Source of the DNA: Nitrososphaerota archaeon | GTDB lineage: Archaea > Thermoproteota > Nitrososphaeria_A > Caldarchaeales > Calditenuaceae | Assembly: GCA_041641295.1 (NCBI GenBank) | Contig: JBEPYO010000001.1 | Location: 879,777-903,776, forward strand | Length of the DNA stretch: 24,000 nt | Direction: 5' to 3' | Part shown: positions 14,477 to 23,508 of the stretch, piece after piece | Layout of the letters: every line of letters starts with the position of its first letter | How positions within the stretch are numbered: the stretch's first letter is position 1 | Program-made: the position numbers and the translations under genes | The notes under the pieces: model-generated | What the model saw: only the letters and a program-made list of their open reading frames with translations | Told to the model about the DNA's origin: nothing | The model's database searches: none

Positions 14477-15361
14477 GTGAAGCTGGCCAGGTTTAGGATT
14501 GGAGAGCTCACGACCTACGGGTTTGTTGAGGGGGACTACGTGGTTTCTAGAGAGGAGTTGGAGGAGGCTGTGGGCCTCGCACTACCACCCTACTTCTCGG
14601 ACTTTGTTGAGAGGCTTGTCGTCGAGCAGGATTTTCGAAAACTGGTGCTGGAGGCCGCTGGGAAGGTTCCGCGCGTCTTGAAGCTCAGCCAAGTCAAACT
14701 CCTCGCACCAACCGATAATAAGCCGAAGATAATCTGCATCGGGCTCAACTATAAGGACCATGCTGAGGAGTCGAAGGCCGAGGTGCCCGAAGAGCCTATA
14801 ATATTCATGAAACCCCACACGGCCCTGACTGGGCCATACGACCCTGTCGAGTATCCCTCAATCGTCACGCAGCTCGACTATGAGGCAGAGCTTGCTGTGG
14901 TTATTGGGAGGAGGTGTCGGGGCGTGAAGCCGGGCGAGGCACCAGACTTTATCTGCGGCTACGCTGCCTTCAACGACATATCTGCCAGGAACCTCCAGTT
15001 CAAGGACAAGCAGTGGACCCGCGGAAAATCATTCGACACATTCGCGCCCATGGGCCCGTGGATAGTCACGCGCGACGAGATACCTGACCCTCAGAACCTT
15101 AGGATAATGTCCCGCGTCAACGGGGAGACGAGGCAGGACTCGAATACGAGGAACATGATCTTCGGAGTCTACTATCTGGTCTCGTTCATAAGCATGGTTA
15201 TGACGCTTGAGCCGGGCGATGTCATAGCGACGGGGACTCCTGCAGGCGTCGGGATATTTGCCAAGCCGGAGCCGAAGCTACTCAAGATTAATGACGTGGT
15301 CGAGGTGGAGGTTGAAGGCATAGGAGTGTTAAGAAACACAATTGTTAAGGGCCGTGTATGA
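14477..15361 (+). CDS. Fumarylacetoacetate hydrolase (FAH) family protein (2-keto-4-pentenoate hydratase / oxaloacetate decarboxylase type)
   Basis: 294 aa. KIICIGLNYKDHAEE, DYEAELAVVIG, FNDISARN, KSFDTFAPMGPW and GDVIATGTPAGVG are all hallmark FAH C-terminal-domain motifs. Confidence 0.9.
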   Translation: MKLARFRIGELTTYGFVEGDYVVSREELEEAVGLALPPYFSDFVERLVVEQDFRKLVLEAAGKVPRVLKLSQVKLLAPTDNKPKIICIGLNYKDHAEESKAEVPEEPIIFMKPHTALTGPYDPVEYPSIVTQLDYEAELAVVIGRRCRGVKPGEAPDFICGYAAFNDISARNLQFKDKQWTRGKSFDTFAPMGPWIVTRDEIPDPQNLRIMSRVNGETRQDSNTRNMIFGVYYLVSFISMVMTLEPGDVIATGTPAGVGIFAKPEPKLLKINDVVEVEVEGIGVLRNTIVKGRV

Positions 15362-15377
15362 GCCTGTTTTAGCTTCG

Positions 15378-15425
15378 TGCATCAAGATTTATGCTATTGA
15401 GGCATAAAGCATCTTTTTTGATGCA
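15378..15425 (+). terminator. Nested imperfect palindrome containing a T6 tract, between the FAH and malic-enzyme genes
   Basis: TGCATCAAga TTTATGC tattgag GCATAAA gcatcTTTTTTGATGCA. The outer arms are 15378-15385 and 15418-15425, the inner arms are TTTATGC/GCATAAA, and the T6 tract is at 15414-15419. It could be a terminator, an operator, or both. Confidence 0.4.
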
Positions 15426-15502
15426 ACAACACAAGAGTAAGCGGAAAACAAATATGAGAAGCCTTATTATCTCTTAAGCATCATCTAGGGTGTGGTGGGT
15501 TA

Positions 15503-16828
15503 TTGGATCAGGTAAAGCTTGGGGAGCTGGCTGTAAAGTATTCGAGGCTTTATGGAGGTAAGATAGAGGTTCATCCAAAGGTCCCGGTCAGGGGGCTTCA
15601 GGACTTCTCGATCTGGTATACACCAGGTGTTGCTGAGGTTTGCAAGGCTATTGTGAAGAACAGAGACGAGGCCTTCAGCCTGACCAATAGGTGGAACACG
15701 ATAGCGGTGCTGACCAATGGGACGCGTGTTCTGGGTCTAGGTAACATTGGACCAGAGGCGGGCCTGCCGGTGATGGAGGGAAAGGCGCTGATCTTCAAGT
15801 ATCTCGGCGGAGTCGATGCGATCCCCTTGGCCGTGAGGGCTGAGTCTCCGGAGCAGTTCATACAGGTTGCGAAGGCGTTGGAGCCGTCCTTCGGAGGCCT
15901 AAACCTCGAGGACATCCAATCACCCGACTGCTTCTACATACTTGAGAGACTCATGTCGGATCTGGAGATTCCGGTCTGGCACGACGATCAGTTAGGAACG
16001 GCCGCTGCGACGCTTGCAGCTCTCATCAACGCTCTCAAACTTACGGGCCGCTCACCTAGAGAGTGCAGGGTGGTCCTACTAGGTGCTGGTGCTGCGAACA
16101 TAGCTACGGCCGTCCTCCTCGAGAAGTACTGCTTCGACCCTGGTAAGATGATCCTAATCGATAGGAATGGGATACTCCACTCTGAGAGGGAGGATATGGA
16201 CTCGCTGATGCTGAAGAATCGCTGGAAGTATGAGATAGCCCTCAAGACGAATAGGGATAAGGTGAAGGGTGGGCTGAGGGAGGCTCTGGTGGGAGCTGAC
16301 GTGCTCATAGCTGCGTCAACCCCGGGGCCGGGAGTTGTTAAGCCCGAGGATGTGGAGTTGATGGAGAAGGACGCGATAGTCTTTGCCCTCGCAAACCCTG
16401 TGCCCGAGATATGGCCTTGGGAGGCCAAGAGGGCTGGAGCCGCCATAGTCGCTACTGGGAGAAGCGACCTCCCAAACCAGGTGAACAACAGCCTGATATT
16501 CCCCTCAGTCTTCCGAGGAGCCCTCGACTGCAGTGCCCGCCGAATCTCCTATGAAGCGATGATCCGGGGGGCGGAGGAGCTTGCGCGATGTGCAGAAGAG
16601 AAGGGTCTCTCACCCGACTACATTATACCGACTATGGAGGAGTGGACGGTCTATCCGAGGGTGGCGGCCGCTGTCGCGCAAACCCTGTCGAGACAGGGGC
16701 TTGCCCGTCGAAAGATTAGCTATGAGGAGGAGCTTGAGCGGGCGAGTGAGATAATATCGAGGTCTAGGCGGATTCTCAGCGCGCTGGTCGATTCGAGGAT
16801 TGTGGAGGTTCCGGCCTCCGAGGGTTAG
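15503..16828 (+). CDS. NAD(P)-dependent malic enzyme (oxaloacetate-decarboxylating malate dehydrogenase), short archaeal/bacterial type
   Basis: 441 aa. GKIEVHPK, YTPGVAEVCKAI, VLGLGNIGPEAGLPVMEGKALIFK, DDQLGTAAATLAAL and GAGAANIA (NAD-binding). Confidence 0.9.
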   Translation: MDQVKLGELAVKYSRLYGGKIEVHPKVPVRGLQDFSIWYTPGVAEVCKAIVKNRDEAFSLTNRWNTIAVLTNGTRVLGLGNIGPEAGLPVMEGKALIFKYLGGVDAIPLAVRAESPEQFIQVAKALEPSFGGLNLEDIQSPDCFYILERLMSDLEIPVWHDDQLGTAAATLAALINALKLTGRSPRECRVVLLGAGAANIATAVLLEKYCFDPGKMILIDRNGILHSEREDMDSLMLKNRWKYEIALKTNRDKVKGGLREALVGADVLIAASTPGPGVVKPEDVELMEKDAIVFALANPVPEIWPWEAKRAGAAIVATGRSDLPNQVNNSLIFPSVFRGALDCSARRISYEAMIRGAEELARCAEEKGLSPDYIIPTMEEWTVYPRVAAAVAQTLSRQGLARRKISYEEELERASEIISRSRRILSALVDSRIVEVPASEG

Positions 16829-16855
16829 TCGGGGGAGACTGGTTAAGGAGATATA

Positions 16856-17302
16856 TTGTGGCTTCGTGATGAATGGCTGGTGGCTAGGGTTAGTCTTAGC
16901 AGGCTTGAGGCAGTCTACCTCGTCGAGCTCCATAAAATGGCTGATGGGGGGCGTACTGGGACTAGCGCTCTTGCTGCTAGGTTTGGTGTAAGGGAGGCGA
17001 GTGTGGTGGATGTGGTTAAGAGGCTTGAGGAGAAGGGACTGGTTGTGAGGGAGCCGTGGAGGTCGATATCTCTGACTAGGCGGGGAGAGTCTCTAGCCGA
17101 GCAGCTCATACACAACCACCGCGTCATAGAGACATATTTCCACAGGGTCCTCAACCTCCCAGCCCAGCTCGCATGTAGCGAGGCCCAGAAACTCGACAGC
17201 ATCTTGAGTTGGAGGACAATAGCCTCGATGTGCCGCGCCCTAAACCACCCAAAAACATGCATACACGGCGAAGAGATAAAACACTATAAGCGGTGTAGGT
17301 AG
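16856..17302 (+). CDS. DtxR/MntR/IdeR-family metal-dependent transcriptional regulator
   Basis: The stretch LEAVYLVELHKMADGGRTGTSALAARFGVREASVVDVVKRLEEKGLVVREPWRSISLTRRGESLAEQLIHNHRVIETYF is a winged HTH plus the HxxxE dimerisation/metal helix. The start is uncertain: TTG at 16856 or GTG at 16880. Confidence 0.8.
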   Translation: MWLRDEWLVARVSLSRLEAVYLVELHKMADGGRTGTSALAARFGVREASVVDVVKRLEEKGLVVREPWRSISLTRRGESLAEQLIHNHRVIETYFHRVLNLPAQLACSEAQKLDSILSWRTIASMCRALNHPKTCIHGEEIKHYKRCR

Positions 17303-17308
17303 AGCCGA

Positions 17309-18361
17309 CTATTGTACCACCTTTCTGAGGCGGCGAGGCCTGTCAGGGTCAAGCCCCTTCTCCAGCGCAGTATAATAGGCGAGGAGCTGGAATGGGACAA
17401 CCTCGACCGCCGTCGCAAACACATGGGCTATCTTCGGAAGAGAAAGGTCGGCACCCAGCCCCCCACCCTCATGAGAGAGCATCAAGGTCTGTGAATCCGC
17501 CGACACAGCCTCGGCGGCCACCTTCTCGAAGACCTCCAAATAGTCGCCGGGCTCCGGCGGTGCTATGAATATGCAGGCGGCATCGCTGTCGAGTAGGGAG
17601 ATGGGGCCGTGCCTGAACTCGCCTATTGAGTAGGCCTCCGCATGTATTCCGCAGGTCTCCTTAAGTTTGAGCGATGCCTCGAGGGCCGCTATGTAGGAGG
17701 GGCCGTAGCCGAGGATAAAAGCGTGCCTAACATTCGCCAGCCTCTTGGCCTGCCTCTGCATAAGCCCTTCGGAGCGGTCTATTGTCTGTTCTAGGAGGAT
17801 GGGAAGCATGGTCAAGTCCTCCCTAACCGAGCCCGTCCTCCCCGCTCCATGCTTGGCAGAGGCTAGGCCGAGGGCGAGGGAATAGACCGCCGCCAGCTGG
17901 GCCATGAAGCTCTTAGTTGCCGGAACAGCCCTCTCCACCCCACACCTAGCCTCTACAACGTAGCGGGCCAGAGACCCAAGCGTGCTAGCCGGAACACTCG
18001 TCAAAGCTAGAACGTCAACATTCTTCGACGAGGCGAGCCTAGCGGCTCTAACCGTATCCACGGACTCGCCTGACTGCGAGATGGCAACTAGGAGGTGATC
18101 CCTCTGGAGAAAGTTGTGGATGTGCTCCGAATACTCTGAGGCCTGGACCGAGTAGGCCTCAATTCCTGCGAGCCTCGAGGCGGCGTAGCTGAGGCAGAGG
18201 CCTGCGTGATGTGAAGAACCACTACTGCATGTTACGAGACACCTATACCTTGAACTTATCTCGCCCCAGAGACCATCTATCGCGCTGAGAGCCTCAAGTG
18301 TCTCACGAAAGACAGCAGGCCCCTCGCGGATCTCTCGTATCATGTGGTGGCTGGCCGTCAA
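17309..18361 (-). CDS. Double-SIS-domain sugar-phosphate isomerase/deaminase (GlmS isomerase-domain-like; GlmD/FrlB-type), no glutaminase domain
   Basis: 350 aa. VAISQSGESVDTV resembles the GlmS ISQSGETADT motif. There is a second SIS half (FILGYGPSYIAALEASLKLKETCGIHAEAYSIGEFRHGP) and the C-terminal DPDRPRRLRKVV(Q) resembles the GlmS C-terminus. Confidence 0.8.
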   Translation of the reverse strand: MTASHHMIREIREGPAVFRETLEALSAIDGLWGEISSRYRCLVTCSSGSSHHAGLCLSYAASRLAGIEAYSVQASEYSEHIHNFLQRDHLLVAISQSGESVDTVRAARLASSKNVDVLALTSVPASTLGSLARYVVEARCGVERAVPATKSFMAQLAAVYSLALGLASAKHGAGRTGSVREDLTMLPILLEQTIDRSEGLMQRQAKRLANVRHAFILGYGPSYIAALEASLKLKETCGIHAEAYSIGEFRHGPISLLDSDAACIFIAPPEPGDYLEVFEKVAAEAVSADSQTLMLSHEGGGLGADLSLPKIAHVFATAVEVVPFQLLAYYTALEKGLDPDRPRRLRKVVQ

Positions 18362-18408
18362 CCCCTCCTCACTACCAGCGCCTCACCCTGCCCTTAAAGG
18401 GTTGTTGG

Positions 18409-19533
18409 TCATCGCCGCGTCTTCCGGAACTTCTCGAGGTCCTCCTCTCTAATCGATATGCCGAGTCCGGGCCTTGTGGGAGGCTCGAACTCCCCATTAG
18501 AGTGTTTAATCGCATCTCCAGCCAACGCCTCCCTGAGCGGATTAGGCCTGAGGTGGAACTCGATGATTGGCGAGTCGATTGTGAGGGCCGTGTGAAGGCT
18601 TGCGACGAATCCTATCCCACCCGCCGAGTAGTGGGGTATCAGCGGGAGACCATAGCTCCTCGCGAGAACACCTATCCTCAACATCTCCGTTATCCCACCA
18701 TTCCAGGCCGCGTCAGCTTGGACAATATCGACGGCATATCTCGAGATAAGCTCCCTGAACTCGTGTATCGTGAAGGCGGTCTCGTAGCCTGCTATCGGCA
18801 CGTCCAGCTGCGCCGCTAGCCTCGCACTTAGCTCGGGATAATCAGTGGATATCGGCTCCTCGAAGAAAAGTATACCCAGCTTCTCCAATCCCCTCCCCAT
18901 CCTCAAGGCCTGGTTGAAGTCGTAGACATTGTTGGCGTCCACCGCGATCCCCAGCCCCTCGCCGAATCTTTCCCTCAGAGCTGAGAGGCGTTTAAGGTCT
19001 TCCTCGATGCTGAGGCCACCCACCTTAATCTTGACGGTCTTGAAGCCGCTTCTAACATATCCCTCAACCTCCTCAATAAGCCTTGGAATATCCTTGTCAG
19101 GCCTGTAGTATCCTCCCGTTATGTATCCCTTCATCTTTCTAGAGTTACCGCCGAGAAGCCTGTGAATCGGCGCCCCGAACTCCTTCCCCGCCAAGTCCCA
19201 GAGGGCTATGTCAACCCCACTCATCGCCGAGACCACTATCCCCCTCCTCCCAAGCCTGAAGGTGGCCTTGTACATCTTGTCCCAGAGATACCAGATGTTC
19301 GTCGACTCCTCACCCCTAACTATCCGGCTCAAAACACTGTTGACAGTAACCGCCACACTCTCGGGAGAGCCATAGCCTATCGCCTCGCCGAAACCCACAC
19401 CCCCATCAGAGGTCTCAACGCGTACGAGGCAAACCTCCATCGGATGCTCAGCACCACCGACGACCGCCAGAGCATCCCTCTCATAAAACTCCGTAAACTC
19501 CAAAACCTCACAACCCACACTAGCGATCTTCAA
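18409..19533 (-). CDS. Enolase-superfamily enzyme, mandelate racemase / muconate lactonizing enzyme (MR/MLE) family; possibly a sugar-acid dehydratase
   Basis: 374 aa. KIKVGG, the metal ligands in context (AVDAN, FFEEP, QADAAW), and a C-terminal HYSAG. Substrate cannot be assigned from sequence alone. Confidence 0.88.
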   Translation of the reverse strand: MKIASVGCEVLEFTEFYERDALAVVGGAEHPMEVCLVRVETSDGGVGFGEAIGYGSPESVAVTVNSVLSRIVRGEESTNIWYLWDKMYKATFRLGRRGIVVSAMSGVDIALWDLAGKEFGAPIHRLLGGNSRKMKGYITGGYYRPDKDIPRLIEEVEGYVRSGFKTVKIKVGGLSIEEDLKRLSALRERFGEGLGIAVDANNVYDFNQALRMGRGLEKLGILFFEEPISTDYPELSARLAAQLDVPIAGYETAFTIHEFRELISRYAVDIVQADAAWNGGITEMLRIGVLARSYGLPLIPHYSAGGIGFVASLHTALTIDSPIIEFHLRPNPLREALAGDAIKHSNGEFEPPTRPGLGISIREEDLEKFRKTRR

Positions 19534-19753
19534 GACAAAGAGAGAGGTAGCACAGAGAAATTAAACATTTTCACAATCGAGTGTAACAAGCTGGTGTGTG
19601 CTTAATCCGCGTAATCAGAAGGGGTAAGAAACTTCAACATATTCTACCAGATGATAAGAACAAGAGGTGGCAGCTAGCCATGCTTAGCCAGACACTATCG
19701 GCGGTACTTAGGAAAGGCTTAAATAGGTTAAACCTCCTCCTAATGCGATAAAC

Positions 19754-20422
19754 ATGAAGTTATCAACAGCCTCAAGCCTGCTCGTAGCCTTATTACTCCT
19801 ATTCGCCCTCACTACAGCATCTGTCCAAGCCGCAACATCTAGCATAGACCTGATAGGCAGGTGGAGCACCCCCAAAGCGCTCACTTTCAAAATTGTGGCG
19901 AAGGGTGGTGTACCACAGTCAACCATCGATGCAGCAGTAAATGTCATAACTAGCACGCTAAGCGGATACCAGCAAGTAGGTGATGGGAGATTCGGCTATT
20001 TGGGTGTGAAAGGTGCTTTGGATGCAGTCGGTGGTGGCATTTCAGTAGGTGATATTGTTACAGGCAAAACACAAGCCGACATCATCGTGGAGCTCAAAAA
20101 CGGCGCTGGCTCTGTCTTGGGTCAAGCCTTCCTAAAAAGGGATAGGGTCAACTCCTTCGTAATAGTGGGCTGCACAGTGAGGATGAGTGGAAACTTGGTT
20201 TTCGGCAGCCCGCAAGAGGTTGATTTCTTCAAAACAGTCCTAAGACATGAGCTGATACACTGCCTAGGCCTCGGCCACGCGAATGATTCCAATGACCTCA
20301 TGTACGGAACCCTCAACGCCTATCCTAAGCTCATCTCAGAATGCTTGGATGTGGAAGCTCTGAAGGCGCTTTATGTCGGCGGAGTAAGTTCCCCCCAGAC
20401 GATAAATTCTAGCTGTCCGTAG
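19754..20422 (+). CDS. Secreted matrixin-like (M10-type) metzincin zinc metalloprotease
   Basis: The N-terminus MKLSTASSLLVALLLLFALTTASVQA looks like a signal peptide. The zinc site HELIHCLGLGH (HExxHxxGxxH) is followed by a Met-turn LMY, closely resembling the MMP HExGHxLGLxHS...ALMYP signature. A TATA-like cttaaatagg lies about 30 nt upstream. Confidence 0.8.
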   Translation: MKLSTASSLLVALLLLFALTTASVQAATSSIDLIGRWSTPKALTFKIVAKGGVPQSTIDAAVNVITSTLSGYQQVGDGRFGYLGVKGALDAVGGGISVGDIVTGKTQADIIVELKNGAGSVLGQAFLKRDRVNSFVIVGCTVRMSGNLVFGSPQEVDFFKTVLRHELIHCLGLGHANDSNDLMYGTLNAYPKLISECLDVEALKALYVGGVSSPQTINSSCP

Positions 20423-20523
20423 GTATCGGCTCGCTTAGCCCTGTCTCCATATTAATGATGTTTGAGCAACCCATTTTTAGGTACCCTAGTGTAGTTTAAT
20501 ACAATAACTGACATCATAATACC

Positions 20524-20949
20524 ATGACTGACAATATATCAGCTAGTGAAATGGAAAGAGCTGTACGTAAAGTGAAAGATTCGTTCAACCGTGGCGACCT
20601 GAGTGTGATAGATGAAATCTATGACAAGGAGTTTGTCTATCATGGTAGTGGTGAGACGGCTCATTTGACGAGAGATGGGTGGACACAATTTGTCCGTGGA
20701 ATGTTGACAGCTTTTCCAGACATGCATATACAACTGGATGAGTTCTTCACCTCGGGTGATAGGCTATGCTATCGTATAACAATATCTGGAACACATAAAG
20801 GTGAGCTGTTAGGGCTGCCTCCTACAAACAGGAAGGTATCTATAAGGGCTATTGGCATCATGAAGTTTAGAGATGGGAAGATTATAGAACAGTGGGACGT
20901 CGCAGATGATCTGGGGATGCTACGCCAAGTCGGCGCAATACAAGACTAG
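20524..20949 (+). CDS. SnoaL-like / NTF2-fold protein (predicted ester cyclase family)
   Basis: 141 aa. The run FVRGMLTAFPDMHIQLDEFFTSGDRLCYRITISGTHKGELLGLPPTNRKVSIRAIGIMKFRDGKIIEQWDVAD is typical of the SnoaL-like ester-cyclase family. The gene is AT-rich; a hand count of line 20581-20640 gave about 43% G+C. Confidence 0.8.
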   Translation: MTDNISASEMERAVRKVKDSFNRGDLSVIDEIYDKEFVYHGSGETAHLTRDGWTQFVRGMLTAFPDMHIQLDEFFTSGDRLCYRITISGTHKGELLGLPPTNRKVSIRAIGIMKFRDGKIIEQWDVADDLGMLRQVGAIQD

Positions 20950-21263
20950 CTCCCACCAATTATTCCGTCCAGCCGAATCTATCTTGACAAGCTATCCGCC
21001 GCACAGATCCAAAGAAGGCTGCTGAGAGAACCTACCAGCTGGCCCTGACAGTAGCGGAGACAGAATAATTCGCCCCACGCGGCGATATACAGTCGAGATA
21101 GAAGGTTTTACGACATGTAAATACTCTTGGAAGATTTGTGGCTCCTCAAACACCAGCTATCGACATAAAACCCTACAAGCCCTGCTATCCCCCCGCCAGC
21201 CAGCAGGTCCGAGTTATCCAAAAATACCCCCAACCCCCACCAATCTACGCGGGAGACAGGGAC

Positions 21264-21338
21264 GCTCCGGTAGTATAGCCCGGTCAAGTATGCGGGCCTC
21301 TCGAGCCCGAGACCCGGGTTCAAATCCCGGCCGGAGCA
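21264..21338 (+). tRNA. tRNA-Glu(CTC), no intron
   Basis: GCTCCGG TA GTAT AGCCCGGTCAA GTAT G CGGGC CTCTCGA GCCCG AGAC CCGGG TTCAAAT CCCGG CCGGAGC A forms a clean 75-nt cloverleaf with the 4-nt variable loop usual for tRNA-Glu. Confidence 0.9.
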
Positions 21339-21428
21339 TACCTCCTGATTCTCATCGTTTGGCGATTTTTGCATTGCTTACGGTCTATTGGACAATACTT
21401 AACTAGGAGGCTGTAGCTTGGTTGGGAT

Positions 21429-22310
21429 ATGTGTAGGATGGTTGCGCTGAGTTTTCGCAGCGAGGCATCCGGGATTGCACTGGATGTTCTCGGACATCTC
21501 GTGGAGGCTTCGCGGAGCGATCCTTATCTACGGGAGATTGCCGGTGATGGCAGGCACTGTCACGGCTACGGATACGTTGCTGCTCTCAGGAGGAGGGGCC
21601 TCTGGAGAGTTGTGTATGAGAGGTTTGACGCTGAGCCCTCCCTGAGCGGCGAGGAGGCATGCGAAGCTAACCTCGAGGCGCTAGGCGACTGTGTTAAGCG
21701 GCTCTCACACATGATTGGCAACGTGGAGGAGGCGATGGTGATGGTTCACTCTAGGAGGACGCGGGGCGAGCCACGTGGAGTGCCGGCAGCACACCCCTTC
21801 AGAGAGGAGCTAATAATAACGGCTGAGGGAGGCCCCGAACTAGCCGAGCTCTACCTCTCACACAACGGAGGCGTCAAGAAGGAAGTTCTGGCAGCACACC
21901 TAGGCATCGAAAACTACAGGCTCTACACAGACTCACACCTCTATCTCAAATACTTGGCAAAACACCTCGAGGGCGCCAGATACGAGGAGACACCTCAACT
22001 AATCGCCCGGATAGTCTCAGAGTCCAAACCACTCACAAAATCCGCACTAGACCTCTGCATACTACTATACTCGCCAACCAAAGGCCCCATGCTTGCCGCA
22101 GCATCATACGTTGCAGAGAAGAATGACGAAAAACGCTGGCGATACTACGAGCCCGTACTCATAGAGTCCAAGGGCATCACAGGATATGTCTCAAGCACAG
22201 TAAGAGACCTAATGAGAGACAGAGAGCCCGCGACGAGGTTCATGGATGGCAGAGACGGCTTCGTCGCCGTCCTGAACCCAAACATGTTGCAGATAATAGA
22301 TTTGCAGTAG
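21429..22310 (+). CDS. Class-II (Ntn-type) glutamine amidotransferase-like protein, stand-alone (YafJ-like)
   Basis: The N-terminal MC (MCRMVAL) gives Cys as the mature N-terminal nucleophile. HGYGY, HSRRTRG...AHPF, LSHNGGV and TDSH occur in the order seen in GATase class II domains. No synthase domain is attached. Confidence 0.6.
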   Translation: MCRMVALSFRSEASGIALDVLGHLVEASRSDPYLREIAGDGRHCHGYGYVAALRRRGLWRVVYERFDAEPSLSGEEACEANLEALGDCVKRLSHMIGNVEEAMVMVHSRRTRGEPRGVPAAHPFREELIITAEGGPELAELYLSHNGGVKKEVLAAHLGIENYRLYTDSHLYLKYLAKHLEGARYEETPQLIARIVSESKPLTKSALDLCILLYSPTKGPMLAAASYVAEKNDEKRWRYYEPVLIESKGITGYVSSTVRDLMRDREPATRFMDGRDGFVAVLNPNMLQIIDLQ

Positions 22311-22376
22311 GCATTTTTGGGTTTTGTGTGGGGGAATATTTAGGTAGCGGCTATTTTGTTGGCTTGGTAAAGGCGG

Positions 22377-23504
22377 GTGGTGTTGTCGAGGGGTCTTCGC
22401 GTTGTTTTGATGTTGGGTGTCGTAAGCCTTCTCGGCGATTTTGTCTATGAGGGTGGGCGGTCTGTATTGCCCGATTATATGAGGCAGCTGGGGATGAGTG
22501 CCCTCTTGGTTGGGAGCGTTTTGGGGTTTGCCGAGCTTGCGGGCTGGCTGGCAAGGCCGCTGGGAGGCCTAGTCGCCGATAGGACGGGGAGGTTCAGCGC
22601 CATAGTCAGGGTGGGGTATGCGGGTGTGATCGTTGTGCCATTGATGGCATTCGCCCGCGACTGGCTGGTACTCGCGCTCTTAGTCTTTGCTGAGCGCATG
22701 CTTCGGGGATTGAGGGTGCCTGCGAGGGATGCTATGCTGGCTAGGATGAGGGGGAGTGTGGGTCTTGGGACTGCGTTCGGGCTTCACGAGCTCCTCGACC
22801 AGTTTGGCGCCACTGCGGGGCCGCTGCTCGCGGCGTTAGTTCTAGTCCTCTACAGGGATACGGGGCTCGCCCTCCTATCCCTGCTCATCCCATACCTCTT
22901 CCTGCTAATCGCCCTTCTAAGAGTCCCAGAATATTCTGAGCCGCCCCAAAAGCTGTCCCACGCTAAGCCGACCAGGCAGGTATACCTCTTCTCACTTGTT
23001 GTGGGGCTGAACGCGGCAGGCCTCCTCCCCCTACCCATAATCCTGTACCTCGTCTCGCTCAGCGTGGATCAGGGCTCTTGGCTGGTCCCATTAACCTATA
23101 CCCTCGCAATGATTGTTGACGCCGTCGCGGCAATGGTGCTGGGAAGAATCTTTGACAGGGCTGGACCCCGGGTCTTGGCCTCCATACTGGTCCTTGCCGT
23201 GACACCATGCCTTTTTGTCGGGGGGAGGATTGACCTTCTGCTGCTGGCTGCGGGGCTGGTTGGGGTTGTAGTCGGAGCGCAGGAGTCGGTCTTCAGGGCG
23301 ATGGTGGCGCGCCTCGCGGTAGCGGGCGGTATAGGCGGCTCCTACGCGGTCTACGGCCTCGCAATAGGCGCGGGGAGCGCCGCAGCAGGCTTCACGTATG
23401 GATTGATGGTGGACTTGGGCCTCGGCCTCCCCTACCTCCTCGCATATTCCATAGCCGCAGAGGCCCTAGCACTCATAATATTCGCCAAGGCGATAAGCTC
23501 GTAA
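22377..23504 (+). CDS. Major facilitator superfamily (MFS) transporter
   Basis: 375 aa and highly hydrophobic, with about 10-12 predicted helices. An MFS-like loop motif GGLVADRTGR lies between helices 2 and 3. GTG start about 30 nt after gaatatttagg. Confidence 0.8.
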   Translation: MVLSRGLRVVLMLGVVSLLGDFVYEGGRSVLPDYMRQLGMSALLVGSVLGFAELAGWLARPLGGLVADRTGRFSAIVRVGYAGVIVVPLMAFARDWLVLALLVFAERMLRGLRVPARDAMLARMRGSVGLGTAFGLHELLDQFGATAGPLLAALVLVLYRDTGLALLSLLIPYLFLLIALLRVPEYSEPPQKLSHAKPTRQVYLFSLVVGLNAAGLLPLPIILYLVSLSVDQGSWLVPLTYTLAMIVDAVAAMVLGRIFDRAGPRVLASILVLAVTPCLFVGGRIDLLLLAAGLVGVVVGAQESVFRAMVARLAVAGGIGGSYAVYGLAIGAGSAAAGFTYGLMVDLGLGLPYLLAYSIAAEALALIIFAKAISS

Positions 23505-23508
23505 TCTC

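Noticed and set aside
15598-16488. Antisense ORFs 15598-15915 and 15988-16488
   Set aside because: They lie inside the malic-enzyme gene. They are low-complexity shadow frames.
16610-17262. ORFs 16610-16933 (-), 16800-16991 (+) and 16915-17262 (-) around the regulator gene
   Set aside because: They overlap the malic-enzyme 3' end or the DtxR-family gene, both of which have clear family motifs. None shows a motif of its own.
18298-19605. Plus-strand ORFs 18298-18819 and 19162-19605
   Set aside because: They are antisense to the SIS and MR/MLE genes and are shadow ORFs.
21108-21374. 88-aa minus-strand ORF
   Set aside because: It runs antisense straight through the well-formed tRNA-Glu gene (21264-21338) and has no recognisable motif.
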